The notes: generated from the sequence alone by a model not told the origin. A stretch of DNA of 53,499 nt from Oscillospiraceae bacterium (GCA_902773485.1 CACYEQ010000041.1:1-53499); one strand, 5' to 3'. Positions 45,001 through 53,350 are shown, counted from the stretch's first letter. Translations and numbers: made by a program.

Positions 45001-45028
45001 TAATTATTAATTATTAATTATTAATTAT
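45001..45028. repeat. Tandem heptamer (TAATTAT) x4
   Basis: Direct reading. A shorter version, TAATTATTAATT, occurs at 46612-46623 next to another repeat copy. Confidence 0.9.
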
Positions 45029-45041
45029 TCACTATTCATTT

Positions 45042-45287
45042 TCACACCAATTTGTTTTTAACCCTGTAACTTAATGTTTTTGGGGCGATTGGTGAAATGT
45101 AAGCGTTGTTTTTTGTTACCACTAACGACAACGGTAAATCATAAATACTTGTATAAACTATGCTATTTTCTTTTTCGGCATTATTAAGAAAATCCCTTGT
45201 TTTTTTCGATACAGTAACATTATCCATATCAAAAATGCCTATAATTTCATCATTTTTGACAAATGTATTTCCGCCGAGATACAACAT
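45042..45287 (-). CDS. remB: DUF370 family protein (RemB/YaaB-like)
   Basis: 81 aa in the conserved position between recF and gyrB, with a family-like sequence (..IIGIFDMD..). Confidence 0.8.
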   Translation of the reverse strand: MLYLGGNTFVKNDEIIGIFDMDNVTVSKKTRDFLNNAEKENSIVYTSIYDLPLSLVVTKNNAYISPIAPKTLSYRVKNKLV

Positions 45288-45300
45288 AATTCTTCACCAT

Positions 45301-46386
45301 TTATTCGTTTGTAAGCAGACCGTTTTCCATTTTAAAAACCTTGCCCTCATTCAGCGATTTTATTGTATTTGGGTCGCAACAGGTAATAAAAACCTGCCAA
45401 CCTTTTATATGATTAAGAATATAATCCTGTCTTGTTAAATCAAGTTCGCTCATTACATCATCTAAAATTGCTATCGGCTGTTCGCCTGTATGCTTTTTCA
45501 AAATTTCCGCTTCGGAAAGTTTTAAAGATACTACCGCCGAACGACGTTGACCTTGCGAGCCGAATATTTTAAGCGAAAGTCCGTTAATAAAAAATTCCAT
45601 ATCATCACGGTGCGGTCCGCAATTGGTGGTGGCGGTGACTGCGTCTTGCACTCGATTTTTCTTTAAATGAGTTAAAATTTCTTTCTCGCTGCCGTCGCCC
45701 GTTGTGCATTTATATTTAATTGAGATTTCCTCTTTATTTGAAGAAATTCCACTGTAAATTTCTTTAATATATTCGCCGAGTGCTTCAATATATTTTTTTC
45801 TTTGAGCGATTATGTAAGCACCGCATTTTGCAATTCTGCCCTCGTAAACATCAAGCATAAAATCGAGTTCGGGGTGAAATACAACATCTTTTAAAACGGT
45901 ATTTCTTTGTAAAACCGCTCGGTTATAAGAGTTTAGAATTTTATTATATTTAGGTCGAACAGTTGAAATTGCGTTATCTAAAAATTTTCTTCTTACAACA
46001 GGGCCTTCTTTAATCAAATCCATATCAGCAGGCGAGAAAAGCACCGCCGTGAATTTTTCGGAAAGACCGCTTGCGGAACTTAAATTTATATCATTAACCG
46101 AAGCCAGACGTTTATTTGTGATAATAATGTCGGCTTTTTGCGAACGTTCTCCCGAAAAAAACAAAGTTTTGATTTTTGCGGTTTGATTTTCGCTCATTAT
46201 ATTTATAAGTTGATTATCTTTTGTTCCTCTGAAACTCTTTTTACCGGTAAAAAGCCAAATTGCTTCAATAAGGTTAGTTTTTCCCTGTGCGTTATCGCCG
46301 TAAATTATGTTGATTTCTTTATCGGGAACAAACTCCCCTTTTTTAAGATTACGGTAATTTTCGTATTCAATTTTCTCAATATACAT
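45301..46386 (-). CDS. recF: DNA replication/repair protein RecF
   Basis: Walker A GDNAQGKTN, SMC-like signature and Walker B ILDDVMSELD. Confidence 0.95.
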   Translation of the reverse strand: MYIEKIEYENYRNLKKGEFVPDKEINIIYGDNAQGKTNLIEAIWLFTGKKSFRGTKDNQLINIMSENQTAKIKTLFFSGERSQKADIIITNKRLASVNDINLSSASGLSEKFTAVLFSPADMDLIKEGPVVRRKFLDNAISTVRPKYNKILNSYNRAVLQRNTVLKDVVFHPELDFMLDVYEGRIAKCGAYIIAQRKKYIEALGEYIKEIYSGISSNKEEISIKYKCTTGDGSEKEILTHLKKNRVQDAVTATTNCGPHRDDMEFFINGLSLKIFGSQGQRRSAVVSLKLSEAEILKKHTGEQPIAILDDVMSELDLTRQDYILNHIKGWQVFITCCDPNTIKSLNEGKVFKMENGLLTNE

Positions 46387-46593
46387 TTAATTTATCACTT
46401 CAATTATTTCATCAAAAATCTCAATTCTATCGCCAGAGCGAATTTTTTTTCCTCGCATAAGGCAAGTTTCACCGTTTACTCTTACCTCTCCGTTTTGAAT
46501 AAACATTTTTGCAGCACCGCCCGTAGACACAATGCCCGATAGTTTTAAAAGCGAGTCTAGTTTTATAAATTCTGTATCAATTTTAATTTGCAT
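46387..46593 (-). CDS. yaaA: S4-domain RNA-binding protein YaaA
   Basis: 68 aa in the conserved position between dnaN and recF, with an S4-like fold sequence. Confidence 0.85.
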   Translation of the reverse strand: MQIKIDTEFIKLDSLLKLSGIVSTGGAAKMFIQNGEVRVNGETCLMRGKKIRSGDRIEIFDEIIEVIN

Positions 46594-46611
46594 TTTTTGT
46601 TTTCTTTCATT

Positions 46612-46820
46612 TAATTATTAATTTTTTTATTTCAGCGATTGCTACGTCTCCGCCCTACTATATGTTTATTTGTTTTTACATATTTTAACGGGATGTTAAG
46701 GATGCCATCCCTTACAAATTTTTTATATAGTTTCATCAAACTTTAACCCTGAGGCAACGCAAAATTACAAGTTAAATCAAACTTTTCGCCGAAAAATATG
46801 CCCGCGGTGGCTCACCGCTA
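46612..46820 (-). repeat. Composite intergenic repeat, copy 4 (inverted relative to copies 1 and 2)
   Basis: The minus strand reads ATAG-CGGTGAGCCACCGC..TTTTCGGCGAAAAGTTTGATTTAACTT..GCCTCAGGGTTAAAG..TTTGTAAGGGATG..CATCCC. The junction is identical to the one at 38963. Confidence 0.85.
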
Positions 46821-47930
46821 TTCGGATTTCATAATAACAGGTACTACGATAAAGAGAAAATCATCACCTTCAAGAGGTAAAATTTTAATCGGTCTTTGCG
46901 AGCCGTTCACAACAACCTTAACTTTATCGGTATCTACTGCTCTGAGTGCGTCAATAAAAAATCTTGAATTAAAACCTATTTCCTGCTCATCGCCCGAAAT
47001 ATCACAATTAAGAAAATCAGAAGATTTTCCGTTTATTGTGGAACAACGCATATAAACCTGATTATCTTTAAAAGTACATCTTATAGGAGATTTTACCCTG
47101 TCAGTAATAACAAGCGAAATTCTTTCAATCAAATTAAGCATTTCTTTTGTTTCGGTAATAACAACTGTCTGTTCGCCCTCGGGAATTACCGAATTATTGT
47201 TATAATTGAAGAATTCACCCTCTAATAATCTTGAAATTAATATGTAATCTTTAATTTTAAACTCTATATGGCGACGGCTTACGCTTACAGTTACATCAAA
47301 ATCGCTTTCTTCACCGATAATTTTCAAAATTTCATTAAGTCCTTTTGAAGGAACAACAAAATTAAAATCGCCGTTATCGTTAATTTCTTCTTTTCGAATA
47401 GCCAAACGGCAACCGTCAGCAGAAACAAGTTTTAACACATTATTGTTAAGTTCAAACAAAATACCTTTATAAATAGGTCTGTCATCAGCGGTAGAAACTG
47501 CAAAAACTGTTTGTGAAATCATACTGCGAAGCGTATCTGCATTAACTGAAAATGATTTTTCATCGTCAAGTTTCGGCAGTTCGGGGTACTCGTTTGCGTC
47601 CAAAGCGATAATTGTAAATTCACTTGTTCCGCCTGTTATTAATGCTTTATTAATATCATAAATTTCTATTGTTACTCTGTCGGAAGGTAATTTTCTTAAA
47701 ATCTCACCCAGAATTTTAGCATTAAGCACAGTACATCCCTCGGTTACAATATCGGCTGAAATTTTTGTTTGCATTGCTATTTCAAGGTCATAACCCGAAA
47801 GAATTAACTCATTTTGATTTGTTCTAATTAATATTCCTTCAAGAGTTGCAAGCGATGATTTTGAAGTAACTGCTCTCGCTACGCAACTTACTGCGTTTGA
47901 TAATAATGCTGTTTCACAAGAAAATTTCAT
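46818..47930 (-). CDS. dnaN: DNA polymerase III beta subunit (sliding clamp)
   Basis: 370 aa with three-domain clamp sequence, downstream of dnaA. Confidence 0.96.
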   Translation of the reverse strand: MKFSCETALLSNAVSCVARAVTSKSSLATLEGILIRTNQNELILSGYDLEIAMQTKISADIVTEGCTVLNAKILGEILRKLPSDRVTIEIYDINKALITGGTSEFTIIALDANEYPELPKLDDEKSFSVNADTLRSMISQTVFAVSTADDRPIYKGILFELNNNVLKLVSADGCRLAIRKEEINDNGDFNFVVPSKGLNEILKIIGEESDFDVTVSVSRRHIEFKIKDYILISRLLEGEFFNYNNNSVIPEGEQTVVITETKEMLNLIERISLVITDRVKSPIRCTFKDNQVYMRCSTINGKSSDFLNCDISGDEQEIGFNSRFFIDALRAVDTDKVKVVVNGSQRPIKILPLEGDDFLFIVVPVIMKSE

Positions 47931-48338
47931 TTTTTATTCTCCTTAAATTATAATATTTTTAACATACGCTTAAAAAAATTAATATTTTAAAATTCAAAAA
48001 CTTACAAAAATAACTATTAATTATAGTAATAGTAGTAGGGGTATTTAAAAATGTTAATAACTTGTCTGTTGCCAGTAAAATACACACTTTTGATATCAAC
48101 ATTGAATGTTAATTATTATATGTGAAAATTTGAAAATATTTTTGAGTGTTATGTTTTAAACATTTTTGTTGAAAATTAAATGTTATATGTTTAAATTTTG
48201 TCGAAAAATTTTTGCATAATTTTTTTCGTCAAAAGCCATCGATGGCTCACTGTGTCATCATCTGTAATGGTATTTTTAATAACAATGCGTAGCACACCAA
48301 ATTTATTAATTATCAATTATTCTTTATTTATTAAAATA
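47931..48338. other. oriC: Replication origin core (oriC, dnaA-dnaN spacer)
   Basis: Degenerate DnaA boxes, given on the plus strand: TGTGAAAAT 48121-29, TGTTGAAAA 48167-75, TGTCGAAAA 48209-17, TGTTAATAA 48051-59. Also a GGGG cluster, a trio array, and a >90% AT stretch at 47950-48017. Confidence 0.7.
48018..48041 (+). promoter_or_regulatory. DnaA-trio-like array with adjacent GC cluster
   Basis: The plus strand reads TAA TTA TAG TAA TAG TAG TAG GGGG. This equals 3'-GAT-5'-type trios (consensus 3'-[G/A]A[T/A]-5') abutting a GC cluster, with a DnaA-box-like TGTTAATAA 10 nt beyond. Confidence 0.6.
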
Positions 48339-49652
48339 CTACTTGAATTTTGGCGGGGTTTTACCTGTAAGATTACGCATTACTTTTTCAACTTTTCTTT
48401 CTTCGATATCATTTTTCAAAATCAAGTTATCAATTTTGTTGCAGGAATAAAGAACAGTTGAATGGTCTTTATCAAACTCTTTACCGATGTTTTTTAAAGA
48501 AGTATCGGTAATTTTGCGAATAACATACATTGCAACCTGTCTTGCGTGAGAAATTTCAGCGTCTTGTCTTTGTGAATAAATATCATCAACCGAAACATTG
48601 TAAACACTTGAAACGCTTTCAATAATTCTTTTTATTGTAACAGGTTCGGGTTCATCATCACGTTTAATATCTCTTATTGTGTTTTCGGCAACCGAAAGTG
48701 TAATATTATCGTAAATCATTGAATAAGCCTGCAACTTTTTAACAACGCCCTCTAATTGACGAATATTGCTTTTAACATTATCGGCAACATAAATCAAAAT
48801 ATCTTCCGGCAATTTAAAATTCATAAGTTGCGCTTTTCTTTTTAAAATACCTATTCTTGTTTCATATTCCGGCGGTTGAATATCGGCAATAATACCTGCT
48901 TCAAACCTGCCTACAAGTCTTTCCGGAATTGAATCAATATCTTTCGGCGGACGGTCGGAAGTTAAAACTATTTGTTTTCGTTTTTCATAAAGTTCGTTAA
49001 AAGTATTAAAAAACTCTTCCTGTGTAGCCTCTTTACCTGCAATAAATTGAATATCGTCAATAAGCAAAACATCTACATTTCTGTATTTTTCACGAAGTTT
49101 ATGCATAGTTCCGTGTTGCAAGCAATAAATAACCTCATTTGTAAATGCTTCGCAAGTAGCCAAAACTATTTTTTTATCAGGAAATTTTTCTTTTATTCTG
49201 GTTGAAATAGCAGAAAGCAAATGAGTTTTACCGAGTCCCGAATTTCCCCAAATAAAAAGCGGATTATAAATAATACCGTCGTTTTCGGCAACGGCAAGAG
49301 AAGCCGCATGAGCGAAACGGTTTGAAGAACCAACAATAAATGTATCAAACGTATATTCATATTGTTCCGAAGTATCAACAAATTTAATAGGAGAAATAGG
49401 CTTATCTTCTTCGGTAATAATAACAACTTTTACGGGGAATTTTAATACTTCTGTAAAAGCGTCAACTAAAATACCTTTATAATTATCTTCAATAATATTT
49501 TTCAAAAAAGGCGTATTTACATATAAAATCACATTACTTCCTTCAATTTTTTGTAAAGAAATAGTGGTAAACCAAGCGTTAAAAGTAACTTCGTTCACCT
49601 GTGTTTTACAATATTTGCTGACCGCTTGCCAAACTTCCTGTAACGTTTCCAT
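48339..49652 (-). CDS. dnaA: Chromosomal replication initiator protein DnaA
   Basis: AAA+ Walker A GNSGLGKTH, Walker B LLIDDIQF, and a domain IV HTH (..DHSTVLYSC..). Confidence 0.97.
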   Translation of the reverse strand: METLQEVWQAVSKYCKTQVNEVTFNAWFTTISLQKIEGSNVILYVNTPFLKNIIEDNYKGILVDAFTEVLKFPVKVVIITEEDKPISPIKFVDTSEQYEYTFDTFIVGSSNRFAHAASLAVAENDGIIYNPLFIWGNSGLGKTHLLSAISTRIKEKFPDKKIVLATCEAFTNEVIYCLQHGTMHKLREKYRNVDVLLIDDIQFIAGKEATQEEFFNTFNELYEKRKQIVLTSDRPPKDIDSIPERLVGRFEAGIIADIQPPEYETRIGILKRKAQLMNFKLPEDILIYVADNVKSNIRQLEGVVKKLQAYSMIYDNITLSVAENTIRDIKRDDEPEPVTIKRIIESVSSVYNVSVDDIYSQRQDAEISHARQVAMYVIRKITDTSLKNIGKEFDKDHSTVLYSCNKIDNLILKNDIEERKVEKVMRNLTGKTPPKFK

Positions 49653-49850
49653 TATGTAATTTTTCCTCCTTTATTTTTAATAAGCCGAATTATAACCAAT
49701 TATATTTTAACATATTTTTATTAATTTTGCAATATATTATTTAATATTATATATATTATATAATATATACTTAATAAATAAGCGTAAAAAATGTTAAAAT
49801 AAATAAAAAGCAAATAGAAAATAAAGAAAAATGAATAATAAAAAAAATTA

Positions 49851-50115
49851 GTGTGTGCTTACAGCACGAAAAATTCACATCAGGCTTAATACCTGAGACA
49901 TTACGAATATTTAAGCAATATCAAACTTATAGCCCGAAGAGTTGCGTTGCAATCATTGTAGGGAGGGAGTAAACCCCTGTCCTACAAAATGTTTATATGT
50001 TTGATGAAAACAAAAAGCCTCAGAGTTAAAGCAAAACTTCAAAACTGAGGCAACACAAATATTAAAGTTACATCAAATTTTTCGCCGAAGAGAAGCGTGT
50101 CTAGGCACTCGACCG
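49851..50115 (-). repeat. Composite intergenic repeat, copy 5 (about 1.5 units) upstream of dnaA
   Basis: Reads CCTACAAAATGTTTATATGTTTGATGAAAACAAAAAGCCTCAGAGTT..AACTGAGGC..TTAAAGTTACATCAAATTTTTCGCCGAAGAG..GTCTAGGCACTCGAC. Near-identical stretches occur at 42738-42775. Confidence 0.85.
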
Positions 50116-50125
50116 CAAAAAAGTC

Positions 50126-50154
50126 TTGACAAAATATAAAAAGTAGTATATAAT
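50126..50154 (+). promoter_or_regulatory. Sigma-A promoter of the rpmH-rnpA operon
   Basis: TTGACA (50126-31), 17 nt spacer, TATAAT (50149-54). Confidence 0.65.
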
Positions 50155-50261
50155 TCTTAAATGGTTTAGAATCTTTTATTATGCCTTTTCTAAAACAACT
50201 ATAAAGTATCTGAAAACTTAATAAAAGTTCAAAATAAAAATATTAAAGAAAGGTGAAAAAA

Positions 50262-50396
50262 ATGTTAAGAACATTCCAACCAAAAAAACTACACAGAAAA
50301 AAAGTTCACGGTTTCAGAAAAAGAATGGCTGACAGAAACGGCCGTAAAGTTCTTGCAAGAAGAAGAGCAAAAGGAAGAAAAAGACTCTCTTATTAA
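50262..50396 (+). CDS. rpmH: 50S ribosomal protein L34
   Basis: 44 aa: [54 protein letters not shown]. Below the ORF-track size cutoff. Confidence 0.95.
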   Translation: MLRTFQPKKLHRKKVHGFRKRMADRNGRKVLARRRAKGRKRLSY

Positions 50397-50412
50397 TTAA
50401 AGGTAAATTATA

Positions 50413-50745
50413 GTGGAAATTATCACTATTAAAGAGAATAGGGATTTCAGACGGCTTTACAGAAAAAAGACATCTTATATTTCTCCTGCGCTTGTAGTTT
50501 ATTTTAAAGAAAACGGCGCGGGATTTTCTCGCTTAGGAATAACTGTCGGCAAAAAGGTGGGCAAAGCGGTTAAAAGAAACAGAGCAAAAAGAGTTATAAG
50601 ACAAGCATACAGAGAACTTTTGCCTTTGTTTTCAAGAAATGTTGATATGGTAATAGTCGCAAGAAAAAAATCGGCTGAAATAAAGAGTTTTGAAGCAAGA
50701 GAAGAACTTGAAAAACTTTTGAAGAAAGCCAAAATTATTGATTAA
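50413..50745 (+). CDS. rnpA: Ribonuclease P protein component
   Basis: 110 aa, basic, with an RNR-like motif [10 protein letters not shown]. Follows rpmH. Confidence 0.9.
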   Translation: MEIITIKENRDFRRLYRKKTSYISPALVVYFKENGAGFSRLGITVGKKVGKAVKRNRAKRVIRQAYRELLPLFSRNVDMVIVARKKSAEIKSFEAREELEKLLKKAKIID

Positions 50746-50747
50746 TT

Positions 50748-50993
50748 ATGAAGTATATTCTTATTTTTTTAGTTAAAACTTATAAAAAAATAATATCTCC
50801 GATAAAACCGCCTTGTTGCAGATTTTCGCCGACTTGTTCGGCTTACGCAGTAGAGGCGTTAAAGGTTCACGGTGCTGTACGCGGCTCATATCTTTCGATA
50901 AAAAGAATACTTCGTTGTAATCCCTTTTGTAAAGGAGGAGCAGATCCTGTTCCGCCTAAAATCAGTTATAAGAAAAATTGTAAGAAAGGTTAA
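50748..50993 (+). CDS. yidD: Membrane protein insertion efficiency factor YidD
   Basis: [11 protein letters not shown] motif. Confidence 0.9.
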   Translation: MKYILIFLVKTYKKIISPIKPPCCRFSPTCSAYAVEALKVHGAVRGSYLSIKRILRCNPFCKGGADPVPPKISYKKNCKKG

Positions 50994-50998
50994 AAAAT

Positions 50999-51793
50999 AT
51001 GGATACAATTTTAACCCCTTTTGTTTGGTTATTAAAGCAACTTTGTGAATTTTTTCAAAGTTACCCCGTTGCTATATTTGTCTTTACGTTAATTGTAAAT
51101 ATGGCACTTATTCCTTTTAACATTAAGCAACAAAAGAATATGGCAAAACAAGCAAGACTTCGTCCTAAACTTGAAGCGTTGAAAGAAAAATTCGGCGATG
51201 ACAGAATGAAATATCAGTCTGCAATGCAGGAACTTTATCAAAAAGAAAACATCAGCCCGACAGGCGGTTGTTTGCCTATGATTATTCGTATGGTTATTTT
51301 GATGATGGTATTTTACAGCGTTAATATGATTATTTACGGCTCTGCAACCAGAGGTGCAAAAATTGCTTCGCAAATTGATGTATCATATTTTAATTTGTTT
51401 GGTCTTGATTTGTCGCAAACACCGCATTTCAGCACAGATGTTATAAATGCGTTTAATTCTACTTGGTTGATTCCTATAATCTGTTTTTTAGCGCAGATGC
51501 TTTCTATGTTTATTTCAAACAGACAGCAGGCAAAGAATAATCCGCAGATGGCGTCGCAAGGCGGTTCAATGAAAATTATGATGTTTACAATGCCGGTAAT
51601 TTCGCTGATTTTCACATTCCAGGTAACTTGTGCTACCGGTTTTTACTGGATTTGTTCAAGCGTTGTAAACACAGTCATATTGCTTATTGTTAATCACTTC
51701 TATTCTGCCGATAAAATTTTGGCAAAAGAAATGATTGAAGAGGGAATTTCCAGAAGACAAAAAGAACAAAAAATTATTGACAGTCAGAATTGA
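50999..51793 (+). CDS. yidC: Membrane protein insertase YidC/SpoIIIJ family
   Basis: 264 aa with the YidC/Oxa1 core (..GGCLPMIIRMVIL..). Confidence 0.9.
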   Translation: MDTILTPFVWLLKQLCEFFQSYPVAIFVFTLIVNMALIPFNIKQQKNMAKQARLRPKLEALKEKFGDDRMKYQSAMQELYQKENISPTGGCLPMIIRMVILMMVFYSVNMIIYGSATRGAKIASQIDVSYFNLFGLDLSQTPHFSTDVINAFNSTWLIPIICFLAQMLSMFISNRQQAKNNPQMASQGGSMKIMMFTMPVISLIFTFQVTCATGFYWICSSVVNTVILLIVNHFYSADKILAKEMIEEGISRRQKEQKIIDSQN

Positions 51794-51807
51794 GAGGAAA
51801 ATATTAA

Positions 51808-52677
51808 ATGATTATTGATGCTATTGCCACAGGCAAAACGGTAGAAGAAGCAAAAGAAAAAGCTTTGCAACAATTGGGTTCTGCCGTAGAAAATGTTGAA
51901 GTAGATTTTGAAATTATTGATATGCCGAAACCGAAAACTTTGGGTTTGTTCGGCGGTTCCGATGCAAAAGTAAGAGTTTTTGCAGAGGTTGAAGAAAAGC
52001 AAGAAAAAAACGAAGAAAAAACTGAAGAAGTTAAAATAAAACCAATTATAAAAAGTGCCGAAATGGATAAAGAAACCGAAGAAAAAGTGGTTGATTATTT
52101 AAAATCAATTCTTACAAATATGGGTGTTGAAAATATTGAGGTTGAGGTTAAAGAGGCGGAAGACGGAACAAAAATCAACTTTAACGGCGACAATCTCGGT
52201 GTTTGTATTGGCAGAAAAGGCGAAACTATTGACGCAATACAGCATTTAATTTCGCTGGTTGCAAACAAGGGTAAAGACGATTATATAAGAATTTCGCTGA
52301 ACCCGGGTGAGTACCGCGAAAAAAGAGAGCAGGTTTTAATAAACCTTGCAAAGAAAAGCGCTTATAAAGCCAAAAAATTCAATAAGAATATAATGCTAGA
52401 AGCAATGAATTCTTATGAAAGAAGAATTGTTCACAACGCAGTTCAGGAAGTTGAAGGCGTTGAAAGTTGGTCAATCGGCGAAAACGACCACAGAAGAGTT
52501 TGTATTGGTACTTCAAAAGATAATAAGACTTTCAGACCGAACAGAGGAAGAAACGGGCGCAGAAACAATTATAACAGAGGCGGTCGCAGACCTGCAAGAC
52601 AATCTTATCAGCCTAAAAATGCTGAGCGTGCGCCGAAATCCGATAACGATATGCCTTTGTACGGAGTAATAAAATAA
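51808..52677 (+). CDS. jag: Jag/KhpB RNA-binding protein (Jag_N, KH, R3H)
   Basis: KH GxxG-like GRKGETIDAIQHL, R3H (ERRIVHNAV), and an Arg/Gly-rich tail. Conserved position after yidC. Confidence 0.9.
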   Translation: MIIDAIATGKTVEEAKEKALQQLGSAVENVEVDFEIIDMPKPKTLGLFGGSDAKVRVFAEVEEKQEKNEEKTEEVKIKPIIKSAEMDKETEEKVVDYLKSILTNMGVENIEVEVKEAEDGTKINFNGDNLGVCIGRKGETIDAIQHLISLVANKGKDDYIRISLNPGEYREKREQVLINLAKKSAYKAKKFNKNIMLEAMNSYERRIVHNAVQEVEGVESWSIGENDHRRVCIGTSKDNKTFRPNRGRNGRRNNYNRGGRRPARQSYQPKNAERAPKSDNDMPLYGVIK

Positions 52678-52707
52678 ACCGTAGCACAAAACAATATTAA
52701 AAACAAT

Positions 52708-52738
52708 GCCTCAGGAGTTAAGCCTGAGGCGTTTTTTT
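52708..52738 (+). terminator. Intrinsic terminator (GCCTCAGG..CCTGAGGC hairpin)
   Basis: 8-bp stem followed by GTTTTTTT. The hairpin core is the same as at 409-436 and in the repeat family. Confidence 0.8.
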
Positions 52739-52773
52739 ATATATTTTGCTATATACTTTACTAATATTACTGC

Positions 52774-53310
52774 TTATCCGTTTATTATTTTATCAGCCTT
52801 TAAAACTGCGGCGATGGTTTTAGCGTCGGCAATTTCACCGTTTACTATCTTTTCCACAAGTTTTTTAAAAGGTATTTTTTCCACATTTAAAAATTCGTCC
52901 TTATCTAACTTTTGGGAAGAAAATTTTAATTTTCTCGCTAAAAACAAGTAAATTATTTCACCGCAATATCCGGGCGAGGGGTAGAGTTCGCCGAGCGAAG
53001 TTATTTCATCGGCAACAGCGCCTATTTCTTCTTTTAATTCTCTTATACCGCCGTCAAGCGGGTTTTCGTCGCCCTCACGCTTGCCTGCGGGAATTTCGGC
53101 AACAACTTTTTGATAAGGTGAACGCCACTGTTTTACAACATAAGCGTTGTTTTCGTCATCGATGGGCAAAATTCCTATTCCGCCGTTGTGTTCAACAATT
53201 TCTCTTGTGCCGATTGAATTGTTCGGCAACTGCACTTTATCAACTCTTACATTGATAATTTTTCCTTTAAATGCATATTCTTTATCAAGGGTTTTTTCTG
53301 CTAATTCCAT
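52774..53310 (-). CDS. nudF: ADP-ribose pyrophosphatase (Nudix hydrolase)
   Basis: Nudix box GKREGDENPLDGGIRELKEEIG. ATG 53310 follows AGGAG; the track start at 53403 is an upstream extension. Confidence 0.85.
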   Translation of the reverse strand: MELAEKTLDKEYAFKGKIINVRVDKVQLPNNSIGTREIVEHNGGIGILPIDDENNAYVVKQWRSPYQKVVAEIPAGKREGDENPLDGGIRELKEEIGAVADEITSLGELYPSPGYCGEIIYLFLARKLKFSSQKLDKDEFLNVEKIPFKKLVEKIVNGEIADAKTIAAVLKADKIING

Positions 53311-53350
53311 AAATAAAAATCTCCTAAAAAAATATTTTGAGGTGGTAAAA

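Noticed and set aside
48198-48461. 87-aa plus-strand ORF spanning the oriC spacer and the dnaA 3' end.
   Set aside because: It is an AT-rich origin sequence that overlaps dnaA antisense. It has no SD and an implausible composition.
20923-50115. The repeat clusters could be a CRISPR array, a prophage/IS remnant or an integrative element.
   Set aside because: There is no regular repeat-spacer periodicity. No cas, integrase, transposase or phage genes are present. The elements are short, modular and confined to intergenic DNA.
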